Source: Scyliorhinus canicula | Lineage: Eukaryota | Assembly (NCBI RefSeq): GCF_902713615.1 | Contig: NC_052147.1 | Coordinates: 199,603,764-199,667,763 of the forward strand | DNA: 64,000 bases | Direction of reading: 5' to 3' | Shown here: piece by piece, positions 1 through 13,325 of the stretch | Numbering within the stretch: the stretch's first letter is position 1 | How the letters are laid out: each line of letters begins with the position of its first letter | The notes under the pieces: model-generated | The model's input: only the letters and a program-made list of their open reading frames with translations | Told to the model about the DNA's origin: nothing | Database searches by the model: none | Translations under genes and position numbers: made by a program

Positions 1-10
1 AGAAACTCAC

Positions 11-90
11 CACTGATTTTTTTTCTATCTGCTTTTCGTTGGATTGGATTTGGAATCTGTCCAGATTGATCAGAGGACACTGGCTTTGTT
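11..90 (-). other. Putative non-coding 5'UTR exon (80 nt), probably of HoxD3
   Basis: Minus strand reads ttacattttctgctttcAG|AACAAAGCC...AATCAGTG|GTGAGT: a clean acceptor and consensus donor. It lies 3' of HoxD4, where Hox3 leader exons are expected. Confidence 0.55.
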
Positions 91-1460
91 CTGAAAGCAG
101 AAAATGTAATTAAATACTTTCAAGGACACTAATAGCATTTTTCTATATCCTATATATTTCAGGCCATCTTCTTGACTGCTATCAAACAAAGAAGGAAAGG
201 ATCTTGCAACAGGCCGCGTTTTGTTCAATGTATTTCTTTGTTTTTTGCATAAAATGTGTCGGAAAAATATGTTTCCTCGTGAGCTTTAATCAAACGGCTA
301 AGTGATTTGGTATATTTTATGAAAAAATAAAACGATGTTCACTTGTTTTGCTCCAGAAATGAGAAATTTGATGCTATTCAATAGCAACGCTGTGTGATTA
401 ATGAGCCGAGTTGCATTGTCAGTGAATTAAAAAAGATAGAAGGGAAGAAGGGGTTAAATACATTTACAATCGGTAAAGATTGGGATAAGACATTTGGCTT
501 CCTTTTAAAAGAAAATTGCCGAAGAAACGCCTCCGGAGAATTTGAATACACAATAACAAAGAATTTCTTCCCAGCGATTTTCCTAATCCAAATTGTTATT
601 GCGGAAACATTAAGCTATTAATAGCATCAAGCATTTTAGATCGGAACTTCCATTTAAAGTACCAGAAATGTGCCTCGAGGGTGGGCTTATTACACACCGA
701 ACAATATATTTTGGGGCCTACTGTATTGGTAGGGAAATAGATCATTCTGTGGAGCCTTTTAATGGAGAATGGGCCTGAACGGAGCATTAAACAAGTATCA
801 CTATTTTACATCATGCAGTCTTTTGGTTTCCACGAACTCACTCCAAACCAGTATTCGGAAACTGGCTGTATTGACATTCTTCATAATAAAAATATAAGCG
901 TCTATTTCTTTTCCTGTTGAAGTTTAAATCAACGCGTTTAAGCAGAAATTGCCACCGTTGTCGAACATTTTATAGCCAGCTAACATAACAATACAAATAT
1001 GGAGGTTAGCAAGAAAGGGCCTGGCGCCATATATAAAGCTCATGAATAATGTATTATATTGACAGGCGGTTATGCTTTGTCATTGGGATATCAAACATCA
1101 TGTAATATTTTACATCGATTAGGCAGGCTCATAATGCTCGATATAAAAAGCTTGTTTATGCAAAAAGTAACTAAAATGCAATAACACAGCACCGCCGAAA
1201 CCCGCAAACAGGCTCCATCTCCAAATCAATCTGCAAGGAGCAGATGGAAGGTGGAAGGAAGCTGAAGTCAGGCAGAAACTGATTTTTAGGGAATGTTGAA
1301 TCAATTCAAAGCACATGCTTTAAATTTGAAAATATATTTAAGGGAAAAAAACAGCAACTGTGGCAGATCAGATGGACAAAGAAATCGCCGTCATTAGCTG
1401 ACAATATGTAAGAATCATAAGGCTTTGAAATGACCTTTGGCTTGTACAGCAATAACTCAC

Positions 1461-1730
1461 CACTTAATGAACAACGAACGGAAGCGCCTCCACTACCTCA
1501 CAATACAGCCCATCACACAACTTCACCATGGCTTTTCTATCCCTCTTTAATCCCACTAAGACGCAGCACTTTACAAACTAGTCTCACCAACTTGTGTCGA
1601 TATAGTTTGAAGTTAGAAGAGGATCCAACTCACAGTCGGCAAGACATCGCGTCCTCGGTCCAATGCCTCCCACCATAATGTGTGTAATGTATTCACGTGG
1701 CCATACGTCAATTTAAAAGGTTTTATTTCT
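1461..1730 (-). other. Putative non-coding 5'UTR exon / promoter region of HoxD3
   Basis: Acceptor cttaac...ttacAG at 1732-1731 and donor AGTG|GTGAGT at 1460. Contains a CACGTG E-box (~1694) and CCAAT (~1660), as in the other Hox promoters in this window. Confidence 0.45.
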
Positions 1731-4700
1731 CTGTAATCACGGGAAGTAAGTTAAGTATTTGCAGGACAAAGTCGCTACTTTTCGAGAAAGCAAGAACAGT
1801 GGACAAGCTTTAAACACTTGGTTGCTTTCAAACAGTTACTGATAACTTAAGTGCCCAGCTCTGATCTGGACGGTAAGTTTTTAAGCATCTTATTAATTTC
1901 GCAGCAGTGTAAGGGAGCTCTCATACTACCAACCTAAAAGGTATAAACAGATTATCCGTGTCAATAGGGTTAGCAGGATGAATATGTCGGAAAGTTTTGA
2001 AAACTTTTTTTTTGTGTCACGTTCCTAAATTTGCTGAACTGATTAGAGAACAATTACTTGTTTATTACTTTCGGTGTCCACCAAAGCACAACTCATGAGC
2101 CCAGGGCGGTTACTGTACGTGGTGCCTGAAAAAGTTTACACTTTCTGCAGAGATGAAAAATTTTAGTTGATAGTTACCATGGCTTGAGCTGAGGAGAGCG
2201 GTTTATTGAAATTTTAGGTGAAGTTATAAGTGAGTGGCCCCATCGAGCAAAATGAAATGCTCCTCAGAGTAATTGGATTCAGCTGACTAACATGGCAGCC
2301 CAGCAGCTTCCAGGCATGCAGCAATGAAAAATGCTCCACGCAAAAGTTTTCACCGAGCAAAACACATATGCAGACTGCAAAACAATGCTTATACCTGTGG
2401 ACATTCCGAGAAAATGTCCAAATCTGCATACAACAACTTGAATTTGGACAATTTATGTTTTCATTAAGAAAAAACGACCTCCATTATTAATATTCAGATT
2501 ACAGCGAATAACACAGTTGTTATATTAACTTAAAACGCAATTTCCAAAACAAACAACTTTAATCATATTCCCGATCCTACCTTAGATTAACTTCAGACCA
2601 ACGTTTTATGAACATTAATTATGAACAGTAATTAACAAAATTAAGATATATTTAAAAGTAGGAATTATTATAAAATTGAAAACAGTACAGTTGTATTCTT
2701 GGTTGCAATTAATAAGAGCAATTGAAGCGTTTCTAGAACTGAAAGAGAAAAAACAAGTTAACAATTAAATTTCACTTTCACTGTAACAAAGCCGCTCAGA
2801 TCCCATGATTTAAATGTGATGGTTCGTTTTTGAAATTTTCCCAAACTGGTTAATAGTGAAGTGCAAAAATATTGAATTGAATATAGAGACTATCTTCTGA
2901 CGCGAGTGTGAGTTAAAATAATATTCGATATTTGATGTCTAAATACATGTAAAAATACGGATATGCTGATTTCCTGGAAATTCGCAAATTGTTTTCCATG
3001 AAGGACAATAGCATTAATTGAGAAATAATTTATACAGGCTGCTGCAATAACTTTAGCCCGCAATATATTTCTGAAGCGCATAAATCAAAGAAGACTGCAG
3101 CCTGACGATAAGCTAGAGACAACAAATTAATGTGATTTACGATCTAAGTTTGCTAGTGACAGTTTGGAAAGTTCCCTGGGTTTCTGTGCCTTTTGATTTC
3201 GTTTTCCTTTTACATAAAACTGCAGAATCAGCTAAAATGAATCCACAAGACAAATCTGGGACACCTCTGGTTTGTCCGGTATAACCTTTCTCAAATTGCG
3301 CACTTTCGTGAAAGAGCAAATGTTTTTCTTCTCTATAAATCGCCATTCTTTGCTACAAAATCATTTTTTTCTGGTCTGCTACTGAAATGGAAATAATGCA
3401 CTAGTTTCCGTCAGAATTTCATACAATTTGGCATGAATAATTTGTCCTCTTGCTGAAGGCATTATCCAAACCTACTGCTAAAGGTTGCATATTATCATAC
3501 GATTGCTTACCTGTGTGTCAATTTATCATAAATCTATGCTTCTGAAACTCATTTTCTTAGCCTGCAGCTGCGAATAATATCCTGCGCCGTTTGTCTGGAG
3601 GCAGTGCAGTCTTAAACCAGATCTTGCGGTTTTACAGACATTTCGATACGAAATGCAGACGGTATTCCCGATAGAAATGGCTTCAGTCTCAGGGACAACT
3701 ACCAATAAAAACGGCGCACAGAGATGCTTTAGCTTTTAGATCTCAGCCGAGACTTTAGAATCGAGCATCCGACGAAGAAATTATATTTATAAACCGGTAG
3801 GTATTCCTTTAAAAAGTAGAAATTTATGAATTTTATAGTGCAACGGATACCTTTTATAATCAGAAAATATAGGCGCTGCCTTAAGATACAGGCATATTTG
3901 TTCACGTGATCTGTGTTACCAGATTGTTCTGATTGAGCCAGTAAGTTGAGCCAGCGTTACCTCACTAACATCTATTTAATATGGATTGTTTGGCGCTTTG
4001 AGTCACTTCTTACATTAACACTAATGAAGAGCTGAATGAAAATGAAACATTCGATGCTGCATTTGAAAAAGCATTGCGAGGTAGCTTCTTTCAGAACAGT
4101 GCCACGTTCACTAAATTGAACAATAGATTTCTATTTTATTGCCATTTCATAGCCTCTAGGTTGAACGTTGCTTATCATTCCTTCTAGTGTATTGAGTTGA
4201 TTATTGCACTCATTTATTTAATCTAACAAGTAGTACTTATGGAAGAACGGATTCTGTGTACACACACACACATACAAAACCAAGGAAGTGTATTTCTATA
4301 AAACATTTCATTCGGTTTAAAACATTTTAGTATTTGAAAGCAATCAGCGAGTCTCAAAAACAACACAAAAGATTAGAATAAAACGACAAAATATGTAATG
4401 TAACTACAACAGGCATATGTTTAGGTTAAATGTTGTGAGGTGATCACATTGAAATCTGGCCAATGAATTGGACTTCCTATTCATCCCGTTCAGGGTTGAA
4501 CTAGTTGAGTGAAGCCGTTAAAGAAATGCTGCAGCAGATACGATTTCTGTGAAACTCAATCTCCTCTTTTCCAGGAGCAGAAATTAATCATCGTTGGTAA
4601 CGGCAGTTTTATGCAATGAACTTGATGTCGGTGGACTAGGAATTAATGTGGCATTTTTCCCCTTTCTCTTTCAGGAGGTGCAGCTAAATCACAAGGACCA

Positions 4701-7699
4701 GTGACAATGTCTGGTTATACAAATGCCTCACAAAACCAGGCGTTGGAGGATGTCGTTTCATTTTGACTGTTCTTATTTTGTATTTACCCCCAAAAATGTT
4801 TTGTTGAAAGATCGTGCTTTTAGTTAGGAGAAATTAATTTCCAGTTACATTCTATCGAATTGCTTAATATTTCTGTTAAATGTTACTTACAACTTGCTCG
4901 AAATATCTGAAACATTTGTCTGTAATTTAATAGCAATAAAAAACATTTCTATTGACAGTAATGCATGACCTTATTGCACCGAGCGCTGGCTTAACGCAAC
5001 ATTTATCTAAATTACTTTACCCTCTGTGGCTTATATGGTCGTTATAAAAATATTGCTTTGCAATTACTGCATTATAAATTATTTAAAAGAAAATAAGGAT
5101 TACATCTCAGTGTTTAACTAAGGCGCCACTTTTGGTCAAAATCTATGTTGAGCGAATTCGAAACTCTGCGTTTTGACGATTGTTCATAACATTACGATTG
5201 TTGTGGGATTTCTAAAACAGACACATCTTTTATATGGTTCAAATTGTCCCATGTTCGCGACTTTTCATGTAATGTCTGTTAAAGTATTGCTCGATCCCCA
5301 AAGTGTAAATTGACCATTTTATCACGGCAAGATTCCCCTTGCCTGATAATTTTATGAGACTAAGATGAAGCAACTAAGTGTTAATGCTCGCCACTGTGGG
5401 AACTCAACTTTACGGGAAATATAATCAAATGGGGCTCCGAAGACGGCTTCGACTGCAGCATATGTTCATACAGCAATAAAAAGGAGAGATTTACAATCTT
5501 CGCCTGGCCTCGGCAGCCTTGCAGCCTTTCAGGAATTACGAGTAGTGATTTATAACAGTGGAAAATTGTTGACCCCACCCCCAACAACAACTTTCTTCCG
5601 ATTTAATGAAAAAGTTGTAATTAAAGCGTTTTCATTGATTCGTGTCTGCCTAGTTCTTCGCTGGATTGGGATTGGGATTTAACGGTAGACGAAACGGAGT
5701 TGACGAGAGAGCCGGCAAAATAGTAACTTGGCGATAGGACCGCAGTTTTGTCATCAGTAAAACAGCGCTGCATTTGTCATCGGCGAATAACTGAATTAAT
5801 AGGTTATTGTTTTAATGCATAATTTATTAAAAAAGGAAACGAGCGTTGACTTTACACACGTGACGACAGCACAAATTCAATTTCCATAAGTGTTTTGTGA
5901 CTAAAGCAACGGAAGCAATAAATGCAGAGGTCCATGTTGTAAAGTATCTCCAACCAACTTAATAAAATCCTTTTTCAAAGGATATCTGCGTTTGCCACAG
6001 TAATTTATGCAGTTTAATTACAGCTTTAGAAAGAAGTTTAGGAACTGATCTGCCATATATGCAACTCCGACACTACAACTATAATTTAGGTTAAGGTCTG
6101 ATGCAACGTTACACCTTAAAATGTTTATTTACAATTTGTTTTTAATCTTTACCCTAATAATAACACTTTTGCTCATTATTATTAAACGACCAACAATAGA
6201 AAGCTAGATCGTGTTTGTACCTTATTGCGTTGCATTATCTATATTATACATGTGAGGCAGAGTTTAATACGACATCCTATTATTATCATTCTAACCTCAA
6301 ATCAGCAAATCAGAATATGCCACTTTATTACATTAGAACATGTACCGATAGTGAAAATACACTTTGTTTCTGTGCCGGGTAGAAATCACAACCGTTTATT
6401 ATTTAAATCAGTCAAGTACGCTCTTCTAGTTTTGTGGACAATCATTAAACAGACTGCTGTAGGAAAGACAGAAACTCATTTTCTGTCAAATAAAATCCCG
6501 GTAGATTCAAATGAGACATTTGTTTCACCTTTTAAACAAAACATCTATTAAAAAATGAAGCACCAAACGCTCATGAATATAGTTCCTGTACATGAGTACC
6601 TGCAATTGCCCTAATTGAATCTTATTTACAGACTTTCCATTACATCTCAAAAGAAAACAAAATATATAACTCGTGGTATTCAACATAAACGCAGGCCTCT
6701 ATTTCGCTGTGTACAAATAGGCAGCAGATGTCATGACAGCCGGCATTGTTTGCAATAAAGCACAACTAAACCGTAAAATCTACGCCATTTCATGACACTC
6801 AACTACGCCTTAATAACAACCTCATCGCAGTCTTACTAACGTTTACCCCCACCTCCAAAATGCAGCCGGTACAAATTTCTGCATCTGAAGTTTATCATAG
6901 TTGCTCCAAAATGTTAAGCCTAATCCGGATAGAAGGTCAGTATATCTGCCTACTACAACTTATGACTGTCGCCTGGTAGCACAGAGTATGAAGCAAAGGG
7001 CGCTATTCATCAAATATATATGACAGTTACATTCATTTGCTACCTTAGCAGAAACAAAACTAAAATTGTTTACCTACCAAGCTCCCATTTTTCAGTTTCT
7101 GGCAACGAACCACAACAGCAAAGTGAAATAGCGGACCATTTGTATATAATATTCTTGGGATCTGTTCACTTTTCAAGTGTGATAGAGTCCTTTGCTTGGC
7201 CGATTAATGACGACGCCGTGTTTCTTTCGGGACGTACTGCATTAATTATTTAGTAAATCACGTGGCCGAATCAAATATAAAAGGATACATAAAATCTTGC
7301 CACTTCTTCTGGACATAATCATAAAATGCATACGTCTTTAGCATTTGAGAAATATTTGGTTGGTAAATATGTTTTAAAATTCGAAAGGGGAAGACTAACA
7401 AATATGGCTGTTTAGTAGCGTTGGGTTGCATCAGCTTTGTCCCATTTTGAATGACCAGCCTATGGCATGGTCGGATTGACTCTTTGCCTTCCTTTCCGCT
7501 CTTTCTCTTTCCACACTAGAAGCGGATTAACGGGGCGGTGTACATACAACAATAACAGTGCAGTGAACATTTCTCATTTAAGTTTATTCGGATTTATTCA
7601 AAGAAACTAAATAGTAAGATCATTTTATTTTTAAGAAAGTTAAATCATAAGAGGTGGGTCATTTAATGCATGTTTTTGCCCCTGATATGTGGATAGAGC

Positions 7700-7900
7700 T
7701 AAACACATGCGCGTACTGAAAGTACGCATGTACATTATCGCATACGCACCCACGCATATATACATTCATGCATATATCTATACATACACGCGGCCATATC
7801 CACATATGTACACAAGCACACGTGCATATGTACATAAATGCACACACACAAAAACACACGCATGCATAGGAAAACAGATACATGCAAACAAACAAACAGC
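7700..7900. repeat. Degenerate (CA/TA)n low-complexity microsatellite
   Basis: Alternating purine-pyrimidine tract (cacacatgcatatatac...). It produces spurious Cys/Val/Met-rich ORFs. Confidence 0.85.
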
Positions 7901-9470
7901 ACGCAGCTAGATATAAGGGGTATGTGCAGCCGTGGGAGCTGTGTTGTGCGTCGATAGATATAAATATGCAAGTTGATTGATTGTGATTGATATTACATGT
8001 GACGTTGTGAATTTTGAATGATATAACAGTTCAGAAATCATGATGTTGTTTACTTTTATGTTCTGTGCTTCCCTTGTTTGCGTACTCGATATTAATGTGA
8101 CAAATTACACAATGAAAGAACTTGAAAATAATTAAGATGCTGAATTTAAAACATTTGAATTATAAATTGTAACCAGTGCCTGCACAAGTACATGTAGCTG
8201 GATAGGTTAAATATTGATAAATTACATGACTAAATGAATATGAGACGTTATCAATTGACCTTGGTGGTAACTGCGGTTAAAAGTAGACTGCTTTTCAAGG
8301 AGATAGGTGTTGCACAAAAGTCAAAGTCATACACTGCTTACAGCTTCTTGTGGCATATATGCTCTGGTAATTTAGATTGTACCTCAGAAAAGACAACACT
8401 TGCAGCTGATTAATTGCTACTTATTTGGGCGTTTCGCATGCATGTGTCTCGCTTTCAGTGATCACTGATTTACCAAGTATTTACAAAACATTTTAACAAG
8501 TTCGTTCAGTTTCACTTTTCTTGGGTAGTTGTTAAATTGAGAGGGAAACTCCATTGCTCTCAACTCTCATAGTAGACGATGCAAATTGTTTATTTTTTTG
8601 GTGGGGGTGGGTGTATGATTATGAGTTATAACTTGGCAATAACATGGGACCAGATCAAAACACCTACATGGCAGGATGCTGTGTCCACTTTGTGGCAAAA
8701 ATGTGACTTCTTTAATGAAAACAAATGAATAATGACAAAATTATGTAGACGCTATCCATAATAAAGATGCAACGGTGCTTGTGGATATAATTATTTCCAA
8801 CTGTATAACTGGATTTTTTGTAATTTTTTTTGTTTTACTGTTGTACATGCTGCTATATTATTTAGCTAAAAGGAATTCAATCCTGCTTTGACAAACCAAT
8901 ATGGACAGCTATTCGACACAAACACCAACCACTGCAACATGAGTTCGAGTATTTTTAGCATATCAATGAATGTGGCAAAATTATATTTTCATGGCGCCTA
9001 TGTGGAGATAGAATTTAGTGTGAATCGCAATGCAAATATTAAGAATTGAATGCCTTGGAGTGTTTCTGAGGATTTTCATTATTCAAGCATCATTGAAAGG
9101 TAAGCAGGAACATACTGAGTTGAAAATAGGCCACTTCAAAAGCTGAGTCAATGAACAACTTCTACGTTGTATGGTTAGAGGTAAAGTGTAGACAATGGCT
9201 GAAGTGTCACTTCTGTGAAGGTGCGGGAGAAAAGTGGGGTTTAGAAGCATCGTGCATGATTCTAAAATCTGCATCTCCTGAGAATGGATGCAAAAGTACC
9301 CTGTAGAAATTGGAGCAGTTCATACGTGAGAAACTGTTTCAACTGGCTTTAACTAGAGGGTGTCTGTGTTAAAACACATAGAAAAGGCGAAGGGTAGGAT
9401 TGAGTCCAAAAGGTCAAGGGTTTAGAGGTCAGTCCTCCAGGCTGAAATACAGCTAATCGAATAGAAAATT

Positions 9471-9487
9471 TGTCCTCTTGGTGAACC
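9471..9487 (-). promoter_or_regulatory. DR5 retinoic acid response element, HoxD4 3' neural enhancer type
   Basis: Minus strand GGTTCA-CCAAG-AGGACA, about 2.5 kb 3' of the HoxD4 stop. Form and position match the known Hox4 3' RAREs. Confidence 0.8.
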
Positions 9488-11293
9488 TGTTTCTACAGTT
9501 TAGCCGAACTTCAGTAAAAATACCTTTTCAGCTTCTCAACATGAAGGCGTCAGAAAAGGACATCTTTGCTACGCGTGAACCTTAGTGTTTTGTACTGGAG
9601 ACAATGATTTAAATGGTATAGAGAATATCACTCATTTATAATATCAAGACGTGGATATATTATAGTAATGTCATGTGCAAGTCTGAGAACTACAAGGCTT
9701 ATCCTAAAAAGAACAAAGAATCTTGGAATTTGCCTTTTCAAGCAGCCCATGTCCAGCTAAGCCAGCTGCAGGCTTGCAGGGCACTAAAGGGACAAGGAGA
9801 AAGAGCTGCGCCGCCAACTTTCTTTTGTTACTGAATGCGACAAAACCGAGTTGAGCATCGAAATTCTCCCGAAACAGATTTTCTTCACTACTTGTATTTG
9901 GACGGAATTCTGGCATTTCCAGCTAAATTGCTGTGTGATTGCGATAATGATTTCCTGAGAGTTGGTTAGGCACGGCTTCCTTTTAGCGGATTAGAAAGCC
10001 CACTAACACGAACCCCTCCGGACTTTTTCCCTTTACATAGCCTTTCTACCTAGAGCTTCGATTATTTGAAGGCAGTATTGTGCTCATTCGCCATCTTTCT
10101 TTTCTAAAGCTCCAATTTTGCAGATCGGAGAAAAATAAAGCGATAGAAATCTAAGGCACCTAACATGTGTTCGCGGTTTTAATAATACGAAAGGCAAGAA
10201 CCCTCAATTGTAATCACACAACTACACACAATGCCGTCCCCCCTCCCATTTCTCTCTCGCATGACCATCAGAATTCCGAGAAAACACGCTTCAGTGTGAG
10301 GAGGCTGTGGAATCAAATTCCTCACAAAACAAAACTTACATTAACTGTGCCCGGAAGGGTTTTGTGAGCATTTTAAAAATGTCTCTTCATATTTAGCTGA
10401 TGGAGGTAATATTCTGATGAAAACGGTAAGGCATGTTCGAATAACTAATGAACTGTTCCTTCGTGTCACAAAGGGGCTTCATTCCGTTTCAGCATCTGGA
10501 TATCCAACAATGAATGACCGTTTTAAAACATTGCATAGAAGAACTGAATGCGAAATCTCCATGACATACCAATGTGCCACTGATTGATATCGTGAGAATA
10601 TTGGCACATAACAGCCAGTCTTGTATTTCAGGAAGTTCTGACTCGTTTCGCCTGATTGTAACATTACATTAGCTTCCTTAAAACTGCCAGAAACAAGAAT
10701 CTTCAGCAATTTGTGTTTAGGTGTAAATTACCTAATTGAAGAGCCTCTCGGCTATTGTCCCTGCCCCTCTAAATCAACCACCAGTGTGTCTTTACAGATT
10801 AATAGGCTGGAAAAACGAACAGGGCTCTTCACTAAGCAAAATATACACGGTGTCGAGCATTTCTGTTTCTAAACTGTGTACCTTGTCGCATTGTTGTTCG
10901 CTCATCCGTTTTGAAGAAAATCGAAAGGAAACGCATTCCCACTTGTAATACTAAACGTTCACAGATTGGTGTAACTAACTTACTCATTTATCAACCAACA
11001 ACCCGAGAAGCAGAGTTGACCAAGCACCCTGAACACAAAGTATTGTTGCAATATTTCACTAACCGCACTTTTATTTCCGAAATCTTGCTTTAGATCACAT
11101 CGGGTGGCGTTTTTTGATTGCCTATTTGATATTGAATTGGAAGTCACTGGATTTGTGGCATTTTGTATTCCTGCATCTTCATGACATTTGCACACGACAG
11201 CGTTGTAACAGGAGCGGGAGTCACATATAAGAATCCATTTCCAGATATCAAGAAAGGAAAACAACTCACGCTATTCAGCTTATTACTACTAAA

Positions 11294-11299
11294 TTTATT
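11294..11299 (-). terminator. Candidate HoxD4 polyadenylation signal
   Basis: AATAAA on the minus strand about 660 nt after the stop codon. Confidence 0.45.
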
Positions 11300-11956
11300 T
11301 CTTGAACTTTAGTAGTGCGTACGAATTTTGGTATCGTTCTTGAACATAAAAATGTATGCAATCTTGCAGTGTAGACTTGTAACAATAATCCATCCAGCAG
11401 CACAATTACAAATACCATTTTCTCATTTTAAATAAAGAAACCACATAACACTATCTAATTCCTGATCACAATAAATCTCGAATACCAACACAACATACAC
11501 AAAGGATGGAATCGCAAAAATACACATTACAAGCAAAAATAGTTGTGGAAATCAAGAATTGCCACAACAAATCATTGGGCCTTCATTGTAAAATAAAAAA
11601 GACCATGAACACGCGTCGCAGCCTTTCATTTTCATGCGAGCAGACTACACATGTAGCTTCCTAGTGTGCACCTCACCATATCTTCAGGGGGCACTTGTTA
11701 AGGTTACTAAGGTGTGCTGTATGAAAAGAATAGCCACTGGCTAAAATCGCAACGCTTTCAGCTGCAACTATGGTGATTTTCTCCTTTTTGTTTCATTTCC
11801 TACATTTGAGAACAAAGGTGAGGCACAAGACAAGGTCCCTTCAATGCCATAAAAATCAGCAGGAAAGCACCTACAAGCCATGTTATCGGTACATGCAATT
11901 TCTGCCTGGAAATGTCTCAATATATACACTTAAAGAGCCACTTAGAAGATGTGCTT

Positions 11957-12267
11957 CTATAAACTTGTGAGGTCTGTTTGGTGGTCCTTGGAAACAGTTT
12001 GTAACTGTTGATTGGAAGTCGAGGAAGGACCAGATGATCTGGTCTTTGTGTTAGGCAGTTTGTGATCTTTTTTCCACTTCATTCTTCGGTTCTGAAACCA
12101 AATTTTGATCTGGCGTTCGGAAAGACATAAAGTGTGAGCTATTTCAATCCGACGTCGTCTTGTCAGATACCTGTTAAAATGGAATTCCTTTTCCAGTTCT
12201 AAAACCTGCTGCCTTGTGTAGGCAGTTCGTGAACGTTTTGGTTCCCCTCCTGTGTAATTAGGGTTCA
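11957..12267 (-). CDS. HOXD4: Homeobox protein Hox-D4, exon 2 (homeodomain); full protein 240 aa
   Basis: Encodes [75 protein letters not shown]. Acceptor tttttcAG at 12269-12268; TAG stop at 11959-11957. Confidence 0.97.
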
Positions 12268-12529
12268 CTGAAAAACAAAACAATTCAAAAGCCATTCAAA
12301 TCCGGACCTAAAGTTTGTCAGCCGCTTTCACCAGTCAGCCCTAAAGGCAACGCCTGCACGCACGCTGCACTGTAATAGTATCTCTGATAAGAAGTTCAAA
12401 TATATAGATATTGGTACTGAGGATCACTTTAAAGTGCTTTCGGAATTGGGGATATAACATATCCCTGTTACTCTCAGGCTCGAGTTTTCACATGGAGTCA
12501 GCCACATGGCTAGCGGCCTATTTCCTCAG

Positions 12530-12630
12530 CAATAAAATTTATGATGGGTGTAATTGTCGGTCTTTTTAAAAACCGCTCATAAATCCTCCCTTGAAGGAGT
12601 TATTTACGGTAGACCTGTATCAATGGGTCA
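12530..12630. promoter_or_regulatory. Conserved Hox4 intronic homeodomain-binding element (HB1-type)
   Basis: caataaaatttatgatgggtgtaattg plus nearby cataaa and tttacgg motifs in the HoxD4 intron: clustered Cdx/Hox sites typical of group-4 introns. Confidence 0.7.
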
Positions 12631-12756
12631 CAAATATTTGCTAGGGATGGCGATGCAGCAGGGGGGTGGGGAAAGAGATAGGGGGTTGGGGGTGGTGGTG
12701 GGGGTGGTGGGGGGGGGGGGGGGGGGTCGAAAGAGAAACCAAAAAGTGCATCTTAC

Positions 12757-13168
12757 CCGTGTTAACGTGGACTTTCTTCATCCAAGGGTAAACCACTGCT
12801 GGTTGTTTGGTTGCTGTGCCGTTTTGGTTCTTTGGATTATGTTGCTGCTGGCTGCAAGGCCGGCCTATGGACACTTGGAGCGGTGCAACGGGCTCCCCCT
12901 GCCCTGTGAGGTGGTCCTGGAGAGCGGGCTGTGCCTGCAGTTGACCCCTCTGCTGCACTGGAGAGCCCCGAGCATTGCTGCAGCTGTACGGCTGGCCGCT
13001 GTAGTTTGACCGTGGATAGATTCCTTGGTGCTGAAAATCTGAATCCTGCGCCTGGCTGTAATACTCTGAGCAGTGGTCAGGTATGTAGTTATTTTGCGAG
13101 TATTCCTCGCAAGGTGGAAATTTGGGATCCACATATTTAGTGTTCATCAAATACGAACTCATGGTCAT
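12757..13168 (-). CDS. HOXD4: Homeobox protein Hox-D4, exon 1
   Basis: N-terminus [23 protein letters not shown] and hexapeptide region [13 protein letters not shown]. Donor G|GTAAGA at 12756, phase 1, in frame with exon 2. Confidence 0.97.
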
Positions 13169-13249
13169 TAATTTCTGAAGGTGGAAAATACTAATTTTTC
13201 TCCAGTTGTCTTTTTTTCCCGTTCCATAAAGCCCTCCTACTTGCTGTCA

Positions 13250-13325
13250 ACTGAATAAAGTTAGTCACCCATGTGACCATACGAGCCAATGGCGAGGTCG
13301 GGCCCGATTCCCGGATAAGGAAACA
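13250..13325 (-). promoter_or_regulatory. HoxD4 proximal conserved element (overlapping NFY/YY1 motif and E-box)
   Basis: Minus strand TCGCCATTGGCTC (13295-13283) followed by GGTCACATGG, the same arrangement as Hox4 proximal promoters. Confidence 0.65.

Noticed and set aside
1492-1500. TGAGGTAGT on the minus strand (let-7 5' end)
   Set aside because: The match stops after 9 nt and no let-7-like hairpin is present.
7659-7971. Overlapping Cys/Val/Met- or His/Thr-rich ORFs
   Set aside because: Translations of a CA/TA microsatellite.
9411-9431. Two perfect AGGTCA half-sites near the 3' RARE
   Set aside because: The 9-nt spacer is not a canonical DR1/2/5 RARE, so it was not called, although it may contribute to the enhancer.
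12554-13009. 151-aa antisense ORF over HoxD4 exon 1, and the Pro/His-rich tail of the 175-aa ORF
   Set aside because: The antisense ORF is a shadow of the coding exon; the tail is read-through into the G/C-rich intron past a consensus donor.
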